Source: Eledone cirrhosa
Lineage: Eukaryota
Direction: 5' to 3'
Assembly: GCA_964016885.1 (NCBI GenBank)
Contig: OZ024740.1
Coordinates: forward strand, 230,578,001-230,642,000
Length of the DNA stretch: 64,000 nucleotides
Part shown: piece after piece, positions 1 through 12,929 of the stretch
How the letters are laid out: every line of letters starts with the position of its first letter
Position numbering within the stretch: position 1 is the stretch's first letter
Program-made: the position numbers and the translations under genes
The notes under the pieces: generated by a model
Databases searched by the model: none
Told to the model about the DNA's origin: nothing
Seen by the model: only the letters and a program-made list of their open reading frames with translations

Positions 1-210
1 AGAAAGAGCATGGCTAGTTAGGAAGTTAAAGTACAGTCCATTAATTTAGCATGCAATAACTGTATATACACATAGAAATATATGTAACCATATGGAAACA
101 CACATGCAGTAACAGCGACACTTGCATACACAAACACGTTCATACATAATTACCTAATTGATGATGTGAAAATTCCAATGAAAGAGTCTTGTCTCTGTGT
201 TAGAAACTGG

Positions 211-275
<65 letters not shown>

Positions 276-1648
276 GACTAGTGTGTGTCTGTATGAAATA
301 AATATATATGATGGTTTCCATCTACCAAAGTCACTCTGAAGGCATTGGTCAGCTCGAGGCTGTGTAATGGTATCAAACCTGAAACCACATGGTTGTGAAG
401 CGAACTTCTTAACCACACGACTATGTTTACTCATATGTATTATATTTTGTATTTAAGCCTTTTGATACCAAACCACCTAAAACCACTCCTGGTTCTACAA
501 CACTAAATTGTTTGTTCAAAAAATGTCTTCTTCATCCACTTATTCCTGGAAGGGTCGTTAAGCAGATCCCTCAGACATGCTTTCCAAAGGGTCCTATCAG
601 AAGCAACTACCTATATTTGATCTGGCTGGATCCCCAAGCTAGACCAACTCAGCTCATGGATGTTATCCAATCATCTTGCTTGTGGTCTACCTCTGGGACT
701 CCTGCCGGTTGGCTTTGTCCATAAAATCTGTCCAACTTAACAACAAAGTTAGTTATATTATTAAATCCTTCCCAATTCTTAATTATTTGAAAATCATAGG
801 CAGTGTATTTTTTTTTTTTAGACATATGGTGAGACCATACATAAGTAAGATAACAGACCCCTAGTCTGTCTAGGAGATCAGTAGCCCCACTTCAATACTG
901 ACTTGGTCTATGTAGGCCCATGATGATGATGAAACAATAGAGTTAATCAATGTATTGTTCTATCAAGTTATACAAAATGTTTAACTTCAAATTGTTTTGT
1001 TCTTCTTTAGATATTTGATAATTGTTGCACTCAAACAGTAAGCAGCCCCTACTTATTTCATAAATTGTCTGGAAGTGTGCACAGTACAAAATTCTGTCCA
1101 TATGAAGATGTACTTGGTGTTGGTTATGAGAAAGGATTTCAGAGTCTGCTTGTTCCTGGTGAGTAAATTTATCTATATCAATTGTTATTCTTTGCTGATG
1201 TGGGTGTTTGAAGAAAATATCTTTATAGAAATGCTGGTGAGACAACAAAAGACCCTAGTCCACCATCTAAGGAGGCCATGTTTGTGACATGACAAAAGAG
1301 CACCCGGTCAATGCTGTAAAGTGGTTGCGCTGGTGGCGTGATAAATAAGCACCCAGTCTACCCTGTATGGTGGTTGCATTGGTGACATGACAAAAAGCAT
1401 CCAATCCACTCTGTAAAGTGGTCCTGTTTGTGACTTAATGAAAAAGTACCCAGTCCAACCTGGTCATTTTGGTACCACGATAAAAAGCACCCAGTCCATG
1501 CTGTAAATGTGGTTGGCATTAGATAGGGCATCCAGTCATAGAAACCAAGCCAGAAACAGTTCTGTATGAGCAATCCACCTTTATCAGTTATCATATCTAA
1601 ATGATTTACTATTTTATTTTAACTAATCGGTGTATTTATATATTTTAG

Positions 1649-1743
1649 GTTCTGGTGAGGCTTGTTTTGATGCTCTTGAAGCAAATCCATATCAATCTAA
1701 AGAACAGCGTCGAGAAACAGAAGTGAAAATGTTACTTGATAAG
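1649..1743 (+). CDS. WDR46: WDR46/UTP7 internal coding exon (GSGEACFDALEANPYQSKEQRRETEVKMLLDK); upstream exons lie outside the window
   Basis: tttag acceptor and AAG|gtaaat donor. The peptide matches the conserved BING4-CT segment of WDR46 (GxGEPNFDxLExNPYxSxKQRxExEVKxLLEK). Confidence 0.93.
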
Positions 1744-2315
1744 GTAAATATTTCTCAGAATAACTTTTTTTTTTTTTTTTTTTTTCAGTGTTTTCTGGTA
1801 TTGTTCCTTTACATTTATTTGACTTATGACATTTCTGTTATTTCATTGTTAACCCTTTGAAACCTGCTACCTCTGCAATCTCCAGCCCTGGCTATCCACA
1901 CAAAAATCATCGAAAAAAATGGTATTCATAAATTAAACCAGGTAGATCTGCTAGATCCCTGAATTGAAGGATCACAGCTCTGATATTACTGACATGTGGC
2001 CAGAATGTCTAAGGAAAGAATTGCTGGACAGATTATATGGGCAAACCAACCAGCAGAAGACCCAGATCAAGATGGTTGGATAACATGCATGAGCTCAGCT
2101 GGTCTTGTTTGGTGGATTGGCAGTATCGTTAGAGAGTCAGACGCCATGCTTTGCAGCATAGAGTTACACCCCTTTATAGTCTGAGTTCAAATCCCGCCAA
2201 GGTTCACTTTGCCTTTCATCCTTACAGGGTCGATAAAATAAAGTACCAGTAATGCACTGGGTAACTGCTGGCCTTGTACCAAAAGTAGAAGCAATTATTA
2301 CTATATACACACACA

Positions 2316-2360
<45 letters not shown>

Positions 2361-2362
<2 letters not shown>

Positions 2363-2540
2363 GAAGGAAATGTGGTAAGGAACCAGATGGACCATAACGC
2401 ACCAAAGTACTCAATACTTAGGGTAGTAGAGTGGGTAATAGGAACGAGTAGGACCCCGACGGCTGAGCTCAAGCCGTTTCGACGGCTAATTCTGGACGAA
2501 ACGGCTTGAGCTCAGCCGCCAGGGTCCTACTCGTTCCTAT
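2361..2540 (-). mobile_element. Short fold-back element (pLTR-like family A) in (TA)n
   Basis: Palindrome 2438-2540 carrying hammerhead 3' halves (GAAAC-GGCT..AGCC-GTC). Related copies at 45953-46135, 46156-46352 and 56405-56480. Confidence 0.7.
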
Positions 2541-2659
2541 ATATATATATATATATATATGTATGTAAAAGGTAAACAGAAATAACAACACAATCGGTAC
2601 AGTATATGGAAGGTATATATTAGGTTAACGCTTGATATAGCAGGAAGAGGGTCTTAATA

Positions 2660-2860
2660 CAGGGTGTTCCCAAAAAAATGTACAGGCAATATTTATTAGA
2701 ATGCACAGCCTTTCCCAAAAATAAAATGATATACAGACATAATTCAATTGTATGTTAACACCCAAAAATGTTTACATAATTTAAATAATGCATATTAAAC
2801 AATTTATTTTAATGCATTTTTTAAAGATTTTGTTGTGTATGCATTTTTTGGGACACCCTG
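2660..2860. mobile_element. mariner-type MITE
   Basis: TIRs CAGGGTGTTCCCAAAAAAATG and CATTTTTTGGGACACCCTG, TA TSD. Confidence 0.8.
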
Positions 2861-3069
2861 TATATAATCAAATATAAAGATGGAAGAATTAGCTTTTAAA
2901 TCATTTTTAATTCTTTACACATGTTTCAAGATAGTTGTACATCAAATTCGAACAATGTTGGGTAAAAATTCATAAAAATCAATATCTACACACACACAAT
3001 GTGATATAAGTATATTTTTGCACTTCTCTTCATACATTTGAACTTTATATATATAGTTTTACTTTTGCT

Positions 3070-3111
<42 letters not shown>

Positions 3112-3161
3112 GTGATTCTCCACAAAAGATATTGACATTTTTTTTATAATGTTTTTCACAG

Positions 3162-3263
3162 ATTCAACATGAAATGATAAATTTGGATAATCGAAGGATA
3201 CTTCAACCAGATTATCGAAGTATTACTTCTAACATGGAAGAAAAGAGAAAACATTCCTTTATG
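3162..3263 (+). CDS. WDR46: WDR46 penultimate coding exon (IQHEMINLDNRRILQPDYRSITSNMEEKRKHSFM)
   Basis: cacag acceptor, ATG|gtatgt donor, 102 bp, phase 0-0. Continues the WDR46 'I.PEMI.LD' motif. Confidence 0.88.
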
Positions 3264-3783
3264 GTATGTGTGCCTTTCATGTCTTATATTATCTTTTCCA
3301 TTGATGAATGTATGTCATGCCTCTCACACACTTTATTTTTTTTTTTTTTTTATTATTGCTGAATCTTTTACTGTTCAGTTTAAAATAAGTACACCGTATC
3401 CCTGTTGGTTATAAAGAGTGACTAAAGGGGTTGGTGTCAAGATGGGCATCTGGCTGTAAAACATTGCCTCAAAAATGACACCGTGATAGGCATGACTCAG
3501 CTCAGCCTGTTGTGGGGCCCGTATGACTAACCCCTACTTTAGTTGGAAAAAAATGGTTGAAGTCTGTCTCAACCCCAGAGGCTCATCAGGCCAGAGCTTG
3601 TTCTTGGCTTCATTAGTGTTAAATGACTGAGAATACAAGATTCTTCCCATGGATGGGACACCAGTCCATCTCGGCTTTAAACCACCTCAACTGTAGCTGC
3701 TGGTACCCATTTTCAGCCAAGCATGGTTGGTCTTCAAGCCATTAAATAATATTCATGTAAATGAAATATCTAACATACGCATA

Positions 3784-4426
<643 letters not shown>

Positions 4427-4536
4427 GATACACACCATAAATATTAAAAAATTTGTCAGTAATATACTTTACATTTCGATAATCAAGATTGCTAAGAATC
4501 TAATTTAGAGAAGCTTATAAATATAATTATAGAAAC

Positions 4537-4847
4537 ATCTTAACATAAAACACAGACTAATCAAAAGGAAAATCCCATTAAAGTACTTTAAAATAAAGAA
4601 ACTTCACAAGCATCTCACCCTCGGTGTAGAATATTCATTAAGCAACCTAAAGCTAGAGGGCTCAACAAATATTCCCCTTACTGCAGTTTCACAAGCAAAT
4701 TAATTAAAATGGTCAGATCTGTTCTTTTGAAACTGCAGTAAGGGGAATATTTATTCTACCCCTAGGATGAGATGCTTGTGAAGTTTCTGTATTCTTAAAG
4801 TACTTTAATGGGATTTTCCCTTTAGGATAGTCTGTTTTATTTAAGAT
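4537..4847. repeat. Imperfect 310-bp fold-back with hammerhead 3' halves
   Basis: Arms pair (ATCCCATTAAAGTACTTTAA / TTAAAGTACTTTAATGGGAT). GAAAC-TGCA-GTA at 4729-4740 with a mirror copy at about 4678-4690. Confidence 0.7.
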
Positions 4848-4883
4848 ATATATATAAGGATCTATCTACATGGTAAAATAAAG

Positions 4884-5165
4884 GTAAAGTCTGTCTCAAG
4901 CCAGAAGGCTCATTTTGACGATACTTATCTCGGTTTCATGTCGTAAAGCGACTGAGAGTACATTACTTCCCCTTGGACAGGATGCCAGTCCATCGCAGGG
5001 TTAAACCTCCAGGTATTGCTGATACTCGTTTTTAGATGAGTATACTGGAGCAACATAAAATGAAGTGTTTTGCTTAAGAATACAACACACAACCCAGCTC
5101 AGGAATCGAACCCACAATATTATGATCGTATGTCCAACACCCTTACCACTAGGCCACGTGCCTCC
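4884..5165 (-). mobile_element. SINE family 3
   Basis: Head on - reads GAGGCACGTGGCCTAGTGGTAAGGGTGTTGGAC...GGTTCGATTCC. Other copies at 10225-10860, 34225-34930 and 38830-39095. Confidence 0.75.
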
Positions 5166-6027
5166 TCATCTATATGGTGGTATATGTTATTATCCCTTTC
5201 TAAACATACCCCACAAATTTCATCCAAGGTTCTTTTTTTCTTTTTCTTTCAATCTGATATTAGAATATAAGGCTGTGGATTTAGTGAACCAAGAGTGCCA
5301 AAACAATAGCTTACGATTTTTAATTATCTCCCTTGATCTTCTGAGTTCACATCCTGCGCTTTTCAACTTTGCTTTACATTCTCAAAGGATCAACTATAAT
5401 TGTCTTATGCCCTCCCATGAAACCTATAGCAAGGAGGTGAATTGGTATAGACATTGAAGTGCTGTACTAAATGCCTTCCTATATTTCTTCTGACTCTTTA
5501 CATTCTGTGTTCAAATCCCAGCAAGATTTACTTTGCCTTTCACTCTTCCAGGGTCAATAAAGTATAGTACCAGTCATGTATTGGGGTTGATTTAACAATC
5601 GTTCCACTACCCCCCACCCCCACCCCAATATATATATATATATATTTCTAACTATGTACCTATGTTAGAAACCATTATCATCATAATCATCATCTTTTGC
5701 CATTTCATTGTTATTCTGCCAGTATTGTATTGCTCAATATCAAGCGACCCTGGCGATTGAACACTCTTCTTATGGTTCATACCATGTCAAACAAACAAGT
5801 TTTCTGTAGTTTCAGGAAATACATCAATATCCAACATCTTTTATACTTTTTGCCACTGTCCCTAAAGCTTCTACTACAGTTGGGATAACAACATTAAGCA
5901 ATTCGAAATTCTCTAAATTTCATACTTTAGAACCTGGTAAGGGTTGGCATCAGAAAGAGCATCCAGTTGTAAAACATTGCTTCAGTAAGTCTCATCCAGC
6001 CCATGCAAACATTGGTGTAAAAACAAC

Positions 6028-6060
<33 letters not shown>

Positions 6061-6555
6061 ACTGTAATTTTTACAGCAGTAGTGTTGATGCTTCTGACAG
6101 TTTTGTTTGCTGAACATCAAACCACAACCTCTGTCTTGAGATGTTCAACTCATATCTCAGAGTTTGAGCAGTATTTAGGAGGCATGTTTTCTATCTTGTT
6201 GGAAGGTTTATTGTTAAGCAGATCATAGAGAGCCATCATCATCACCGTTTTTATGCCTGTTGTTCCATGTTTGCATGGATTGGACAGGTCCTTTTCAGCA
6301 TCTCTCCATTTGCCATATTCCTTCATCATCTCCTCTGTGAGTCTCAGTGATTTGAGATCAACTCTCACAACCTCTGCCCTGGTCTTCCTTGGTCAACCTC
6401 TACTGCAGCTTCCTTCCACTGGGATTTCCTGGCTATTTGATGATATTTTCAGCCACTATCCCCAGTGATCCTACTATAATAGCAATTATTATCTCTGGAG
6501 TCAAGCATACTTTTTCATTGCCACTTTAGATCCTGGCATTATCTATCTTCTCATT

Positions 6556-7749
6556 TGGCGGTGGATTGGCAGTATCGGTGGAAGGTCGGACGCCATGCTT
6601 TCCAGCATAGTTACGTCCCTTTACGATCTGAGTTCAAATCCCGCCGAGGTTGACTTTGCCTTTCATCCTTACGGGGTCGATAAAATAAAGTACCAGTAAT
6701 GCACTGGGTAATTGCTGGCCTTGTGCCTAAAGTAGAAACAATTATAAAGGGCGGTGAATTGGCAGTATCGGTAGAGGTTTGGACGCCATGCTTTCTAGCA
6801 TAGTTACGTCCCTTTACAGTCTAAGTTCAAATCCCGCCGAGGTTAACTGCCTTTCATCCTTACGGGGTCGATAAAATAAAGTACCAGTAATGTACTGGGT
6901 ATTTGCTGGCCTTGTGCCTAAAGTAGAAACAATTATCTATCTTCTCATTTATATTTTATTTTGTCCTGCTGTTGAACATACAGACTACTCCTTTTGTCTT
7001 ACAAGTTCTGGTATCTTTCTTTAGTACAACTAACTATATGTCAGATTGAATGTTCCAGTCTGTCTGGATTTTCATTATTATTGAGGACAGTGGATTAGCA
7101 ATATTGGTAGAGCATCGGACAACTTGCTTTGTGGCATATACTTATGGCTCTTTATGTTCTGAGTTCAAATCCCATCATGGTTAACTTTGCCTTTCATTAT
7201 TACGGGGTTGATAGAATAAAGTCCCAGTAACACACTGGGGTCAATTTAATCAACTTTTCCCACCCCCCAAATTTGTTTGGCTGTTTACCTAAATCAGAAA
7301 CAATTATTATTAAGGGCGGTGGATTGACAGAATCAGTAGAGCATTGGACATGCTTTGCAGCATAGTTACGACCCTTTACATTCTGCTTTCAAATCCTGCT
7401 GAGGTTAGCTCTGCCTTTCATCCTTATGGGGGTTGATAATATGAAGTACCAGTAACGCACTGGGGTTGATTTAATCAATTTTCCTCTTCCCCTCAAATTG
7501 CTGGCCTTGTGCCAAAAGTAGAAACAATTGTTAATGTTATTATTGCTGTTTTGGCAGAATCATTAAAAGTGTTGGACAAATGCCTACAGGTATTTGTTAT
7601 GGCTCTTTACACCCTTTGTTTAAATCACACCAAGGTCAACTTAGCCTTTCATCCTTCTAGGGTTGATAAAATAAAGTAGTAGTCAAGTACTGGATATTGA
7701 TTTAAATCTCTTTCTCCCAAATTGCTGGCCTTGTGCCTAAATCAGAAAC

Positions 7750-7781
<32 letters not shown>

Positions 7782-8455
7782 GGGCGGTGGATTGGCAGTA
7801 TCGGTAGAGGGTCGGACGCCATGCATTCCAGCATAGTTACGTCCCTTTACGATCTGAGTTCAAATCCCGCCGAAGTTGACTTTGCCTTTCATCCTTACGG
7901 GGTCGATAAAATAAAGTACCAGTAATGCACTGGGTAATTGCTGGCCTTGTGCTTAAAGTAGAAACAATTATTATATTTTCCTTTGATTTAAAGTTATATG
8001 CAATGACTACCAAGTATCAACTAGATACTTAGGGCAGACATTGTTGCTTTTAACAGTTTTCAAGAGTTTGTTGTTGTTGTGTTTTTTTGTTCTGTCCTCA
8101 CATTCACTTAACAAGTCACATCACAAAAGTTGATAAAACAAACAAATTGAGAAAATAATTATAGAAAGATAAGAGAGGATAAAAGAAGTATAAAGGAGTG
8201 TAAAAGATATAAATTAATTTTACATTAAGGATATTTGAATGGTGTTAAATATTAATTATATTTGGGCTGTGAATTGGCAATATCGGTAGAGGGTTGGATG
8301 CTATGCTTTGCAGCAAAGAGTTACGGCCCTTTATGGTCTGAGTTCAAATCCTGCCGAGGTTAACTTTGCCTTTCATCCTTATGGGTTCGATAAAATAAAG
8401 TATCAGTAATACACTGGGATAATTGCTGGCCTTGTGCCAAAAGTAGAAACAAATA
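6556..8455 (+). mobile_element. Cluster of about 7 co-oriented family 2 SINEs ((ATT)n tails)
   Basis: GGCGGTGGATTGGCAGTATCGG...GAGTTCAAATCCCGCC-GAGGTTGACTTTGCCTTTCATCCTT..GGGGTCGATAAAATAAAGTACC. Dispersed copies at 2110, 30190, 35975, 36240, 37250, 45538, 46795, 49590 and 60790. Confidence 0.85.
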
Positions 8456-8934
8456 TTAATTAAATTTACTATAAAAATTTAAAAAGATTGTGTTGACATA
8501 TATTACAAAGTATGTGGGCGGTAATTGTTAGAACTATGTTTTGGATTTCATTGTTGACAAGGTATGTTTTCTAGAAACTGTTGAACACCTTTCCTTATGA
8601 TACCCACTGTTCCTTGTGTCTATATAAGAACATCCTTATTCTTTATCATCATTATCCTTTGTATGTCCATTTTTCTGTGGGGTGGATGATTCAGGCCTAT
8701 ATTTCCTACTTGCTGAAACTTTGTTCTTTGTTAAGTTTACTCTGAGTCCTGTTGATTCTGCTTTCAAATCCTGCCACGGTCAACTTAGCTTTTCATCTTT
8801 TCAGGAGTCGATAAAATAAAGTACTAGTAAAATACTGAGGTTTCTATCATCAACTTTCCCCTCCCTACAAATTGCTGGCTTTGTACCTAAATTAGAAATC
8901 ATTATATTATTTTGTCTATTTTTTCCATTTCTAG

Positions 8935-9105
8935 GCTCCTGAGACACCTGTCAAACCAAAGAATAAGACAAAGGGTAGCAAGGAATTTAACAAAGTCATT
9001 AGAAGAACGAGAGCTATCAAAGAAGAAGGCAAAAGGAAAACACTCAAAGAGGAAATGATGGAGAAAAAAGAAAAAGAATGGAGAGAAAGATATTTTAAGA
9101 AATAA
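8935..9105 (+). CDS. WDR46: WDR46 terminal coding exon (APETPVKPKNKTKG...WRERYFKK*)
   Basis: Polypyrimidine tract plus ctag acceptor, phase 0. Basic KPKxKxKG tail typical of WDR46. TAA at 9103-9105 overlaps AATAAA. Confidence 0.82.
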   Translation, partial: APETPVKPKNKTKGSKEFNKVIRRTRAIKEEGKRKTLKEEMMEKKEKEWRERYFKK

Positions 9106-9267
9106 AAATTTAAAAATCTGTATCTTGATTGTATTTTAGTTATTGTCCAAACCTTGCTAGCAAGGAAAGCAGACATTAAACTCTGATGATGAGTGCTCAT
9201 GACCCTTTCCAGTGTCTCAGAGACTGTTGGGAAGGTGGAAAGGAATGAAGTGGTCTGAATGCTTACA

Positions 9268-9513
9268 ACAATTTTCTTTCCTTTTTAGAACAATTTGTTG
9301 GCTTGGTCGATGTCAGAAAGCTCTTAGCCAACCCCATGACCAAAATTTCTTTCCCGAAGTTCAAAGTGGATTTAGTGTTGACCTTCAGCAACAGTGTTAA
9401 AATTAGGTTTCAGATGTTGGGGTACTGCCTTTTACCATATATTTTGTAATATTACAACGTTAAGACTTTTATTTCAAAATTAAAGAAATGGAATGTTGTG
9501 TTGATGAGAAGCA
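9268..9513 (+). pseudogene. Decayed inverted duplicate of QTRT1 exon 5 with flanking intron
   Basis: Translates TICWLGRCQKALSQPHDQNFFPEVQSG...QQC*. Keeps the acceptor tract acaattttctttcctttttag and about 110 nt of downstream intron matching the reverse complement of 28430-28690. Donor GT is lost. Confidence 0.9.
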
Positions 9514-9874
9514 CATATGGGCAAAGCGGTGTTAAACTGTACACCACCCAAGTAAGACTTGGTGGGATTTGCACTCAGAATGAAAAGAATCACTACCAAT
9601 ACCACAGGACATCTCCTCCAATGCTCTATTAATTCCACTAATCCAACTCCCTGAACTCATACTTATTGACCTGAAAGGATCAGAGCCAATGTTGACCTTG
9701 GTGGAATTTGAACTCAAAGTGCAGAAAAAATATCAGAAGGTATTTTTATCCTGTTAAATTCCCCTCAATCAGTCTACCATCTTAAAAGAACATATTGAAT
9801 CATGTAGATCTAGATAAATGTGAGATGGAGCACAGGTAGAAAGCCTTTGATCATAAGTCTGCTCAATCAGGGAT

Positions 9875-10215
9875 TTCATTCATCATTCATTTCATTTTAC
9901 ATCCACTTTTCTCTGCTTGCAAGGGTGGGACGGGAACTGATTCTGGCTTGATTTCTACAGCTGGATGCCCTTCCTAACACCAACCTCATTTACAGTGAGT
10001 GCTGGGTGCTTTTTTATCGTGGCACCTCCACGACCACTTTGCAGTGGAATGATAGGGACCTGTCCCTATCATCTCATTTCTACAGCTGAGTAAACTGGAG
10101 CAATGTGAAATAAAGTGTCTTGCTCAAGGAAACAACATCACCCGGTCTGAGAATTGAACTCACAACCTTTCGATTGCAAGCCCAATGCTCTAACCACTAA
10201 GCCATGTGCCTCCAT
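9875..10215 (-). mobile_element. SINE family 1
   Basis: Near-identical reverse copy of 10437-10783. Confidence 0.85.
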
Positions 10216-10436
10216 GATGTTGAAAAGTCTAAAGCCTGTCTCGAGCCCAGTGACTCATCAGACTAGTACTTATCCTGGTTTCCGTGCCTTAAAGCAACTA
10301 AGAGTACAAGACTGGTGTCCTGGATAGGACACCAGTCCATTGCATGGTTAAACTCCCAGCTATTGCTGGTACACATTTTCAGCTGAGTATACTGGAGCAA
10401 CATCAAATGAAGTGTATTGCTTAATAACACAATGAG

Positions 10437-10783
10437 TGGAGGCACATGGCTCAGTGGTTAGAGCATTGGCCTTGCAATCGAAAGGTTGTGAGTTCAATTC
10501 TCAGACCGGGTGATGTGTTGTTTCCTTGAGCAAGGCACTTTATTTCACATTGCTCCAGTTTACTCAGCTGTAGAAATGAGATGATAGGGACTGGGGTCCC
10601 TATCATTCCACTGCAAAGTGGTCGTGGAGGTGCCACGGCAAAAAAAGCACCCAGCACTCACTGTAAATGAGGTTGGTGTTAGGAAGGGCATCGAGCTGTA
10701 GAAATCAAGCCAGAATCAGTTCCCGTCCCACCCTTGTAAGCAGGGAAAAGCGGACGTAAAATGAAATGATGATGAAATGATGA
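10437..10783 (+). mobile_element. SINE family 1 inserted into a family 3 SINE
   Basis: Full copy. The family 3 sequence resumes at 10785-10860. Confidence 0.85.
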
Positions 10784-11317
10784 CAGCCCAGTCCAAGAAT
10801 CAAACCCATGACATTATGATCATAAGTCCAACACCCTTACCACAAGGCCATGTGCCTCTACTGATGCTGTTGAGCTAAACAACAATAATTTAGTGTAATC
10901 AGGTTAGTTATCCACTTACTATAACTAGTTTAATATTTATCATTTATGCACTACACATTTTGAATTTTATTTAAATGAAAACTTAGAAACTATTTTATTA
11001 CTAATACGAGGGTCGACTGAAAACTTTATAGGCTGACCAAGATACTCTCAGAATGACCAAATGTGGTTTATTTTTCAACATAGTCCCTGGAAAGAATCAA
11101 TGGAGTTATTATTAAGAAGAATTGAAATTAATGCATGCCAGATCAATCATTCATAGTCAGCTGACTCTTGTAAGAGACTATTTATTTTCCTAATTTTGGA
11201 AGTATCTTATAAAACACTCCATATTATGTCAGCTGCTCTTTCTATTTGGTATGTTCCACTTTGACCAGTCTCAAAGTCTTTACTACAACTCACTTTGAAT
11301 GGTTATTTTCTCACATC

Positions 11318-11760
11318 ATCACCATTTTACATCTGTATTTTCCAAGCATTCATGGGTTAGACAGGTCTTCCAGCACTGCAATCCTTCCACTTATGGTCCT
11401 TTGTCAACCCGATCGTGATATTCAAATTTGAAATCAGATCTCACCACCTCTGCCAAGGTTTCCCTTGGCCTTCCTCTATTACAGCTCCCTTCCACTGGGA
11501 TTTCTTGGCACTTCTTCCCTCAAAGGTCATCTTCTATATGTATCACATGACCACACCAGTACAGTCCTCTCTCCTGTACACTACATCAAATTCCCTTTAT
11601 ATCCAACTTTTCTCGCAGCTCATCCATGCTTAGTCATTTATACACATTAACATTGCACATCTAAAGCTTTTGCAGATCCTCTGCATTTATTGCCCGTCTC
11701 ACTACCATGCAACATTGTACTTTGCATACAGGTATAGTACAGCTGGCCTTTCTCACACTC
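11318..11760 (-). mobile_element. Old RTE 3' fragment
   Basis: Degenerate match to the RTE C-terminus and 3' UTR. A similar fragment lies at 6235-6435. Confidence 0.65.
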
Positions 11761-11789
11761 ACTTTTATATCCATTCTCCAACTCTCTCT

Positions 11790-12045
11790 CCCAACTGACA
11801 GCCGCCTACTGTCACTCACTGTCATCTGACAGCCTCCTACTGTCACTCTCTCTTTCTCTAAACTGACAGCCTTCTGTCATTCACTCTGACATTTGACAGC
11901 CTCCTACTGTCACTCGCTCTGTCATCTGACAGCCTCTGTCAGTCACTCACTGTCAGTCTCTCTCTCATTTGACAGCCTCCTACTGTCACTCACTGTCATC
12001 TGACAGCCTCTCTCTCTCTCATTTGACAACCTCTTTGTCACTCTC
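11790..12045. repeat. Degenerate minisatellite
   Basis: Recurrent TGACAGCCTCCTACTGTCACTC, each unit a short hairpin (TGACAG..CTGTCA). Confidence 0.75.
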
Positions 12046-12578
12046 TTTCCCTACTTCCACAATATCTTGTTTTGTGACAGCAGATAAAAAACATATTGCA
12101 AATTATATAAAAATTTTATTTTAAAAATATTGGTTCTGTATTGCTTTTAGATATGCAAGTGATTGAATGTACTCTCAGGTCCCAAATAGTAGAGGGTAGG
12201 GTGGGAAATTGGTAATTTTTCTAGGCTGTCTGTTGATTTTCTTTAAAAACCAGAATTAGTTGTTTAGTTTACATATTGACCCCCCCCCCCCAACCAAGCC
12301 TATTTATTTTATAACGTATGGTATTTCTTGTAATAATGTTTTTTAATGTCTAAAGAAAATTGATTGTCAGAGGAATGCTACTACTTAAAATAAAATTTTG
12401 CTGGAGAGATTAGCAAAATTTAATAAGGAGTGGACGGGTGGGAAAATATTAAAAATTAATAAGTGGTGGGAGACGATTATTCGAGACCCGAGTGTAAAAA
12501 AAAATCAACTTTAAAAATAGCAAAGATTTAAAAAGAATTTTGATTATTAAATTCTATAAATTAATTGTGAAAATGTTC

Positions 12579-12743
12579 TTATTCTTGTTGCTGTTCCCTG
12601 AGATAAACATTTACACTTGAAAGACTTTCTTCAGCCCATTTTGGGTAATTTCCTTCAGGATATAATTTCTTGAAAAAGTCTTTGATAAATTCAGGAAATT
12701 TATCTTTTTTAATACTTTCATGTATTGACAGCATCAGATTTAA
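12579..12743 (-). CDS. QTRT1: QTRT1 terminal coding exon (LNLMLSIHESI...FPEFIKDF...PKWAEESLSSVNVYLREQQQE*)
   Basis: ttccag acceptor, 165 bp to TAA. The nine exons sum to 1221 nt (406 aa) in one frame. Confidence 0.94.
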   Translation of the reverse strand, partial: LNLMLSIHESIKKDKFPEFIKDFFKKLYPEGNYPKWAEESLSSVNVYLREQQQE

Positions 12744-12929
12744 CTGGAAAACAGAAATATTTTATTTTAAATAGGAGTATTTGTTATATTAGAAGTTTTA
12801 AAACAGAATTTAAATGTATAAGGTTTTGACAATTTCATTATATTTCTAATGATGAAAAACACTGCCAGAAATTTTCAAATAATTTTGAAAATAATCAAGA
12901 ATTTGGAGCGATTTAGTAATATAATTTTC

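Noticed and set aside
9212-9400. 62-aa ORF as a second functional TGT gene
   Set aside because: A single decayed exon copy with conserved residues lost, a stop, and no donor. Kept only as a pseudo-exon.
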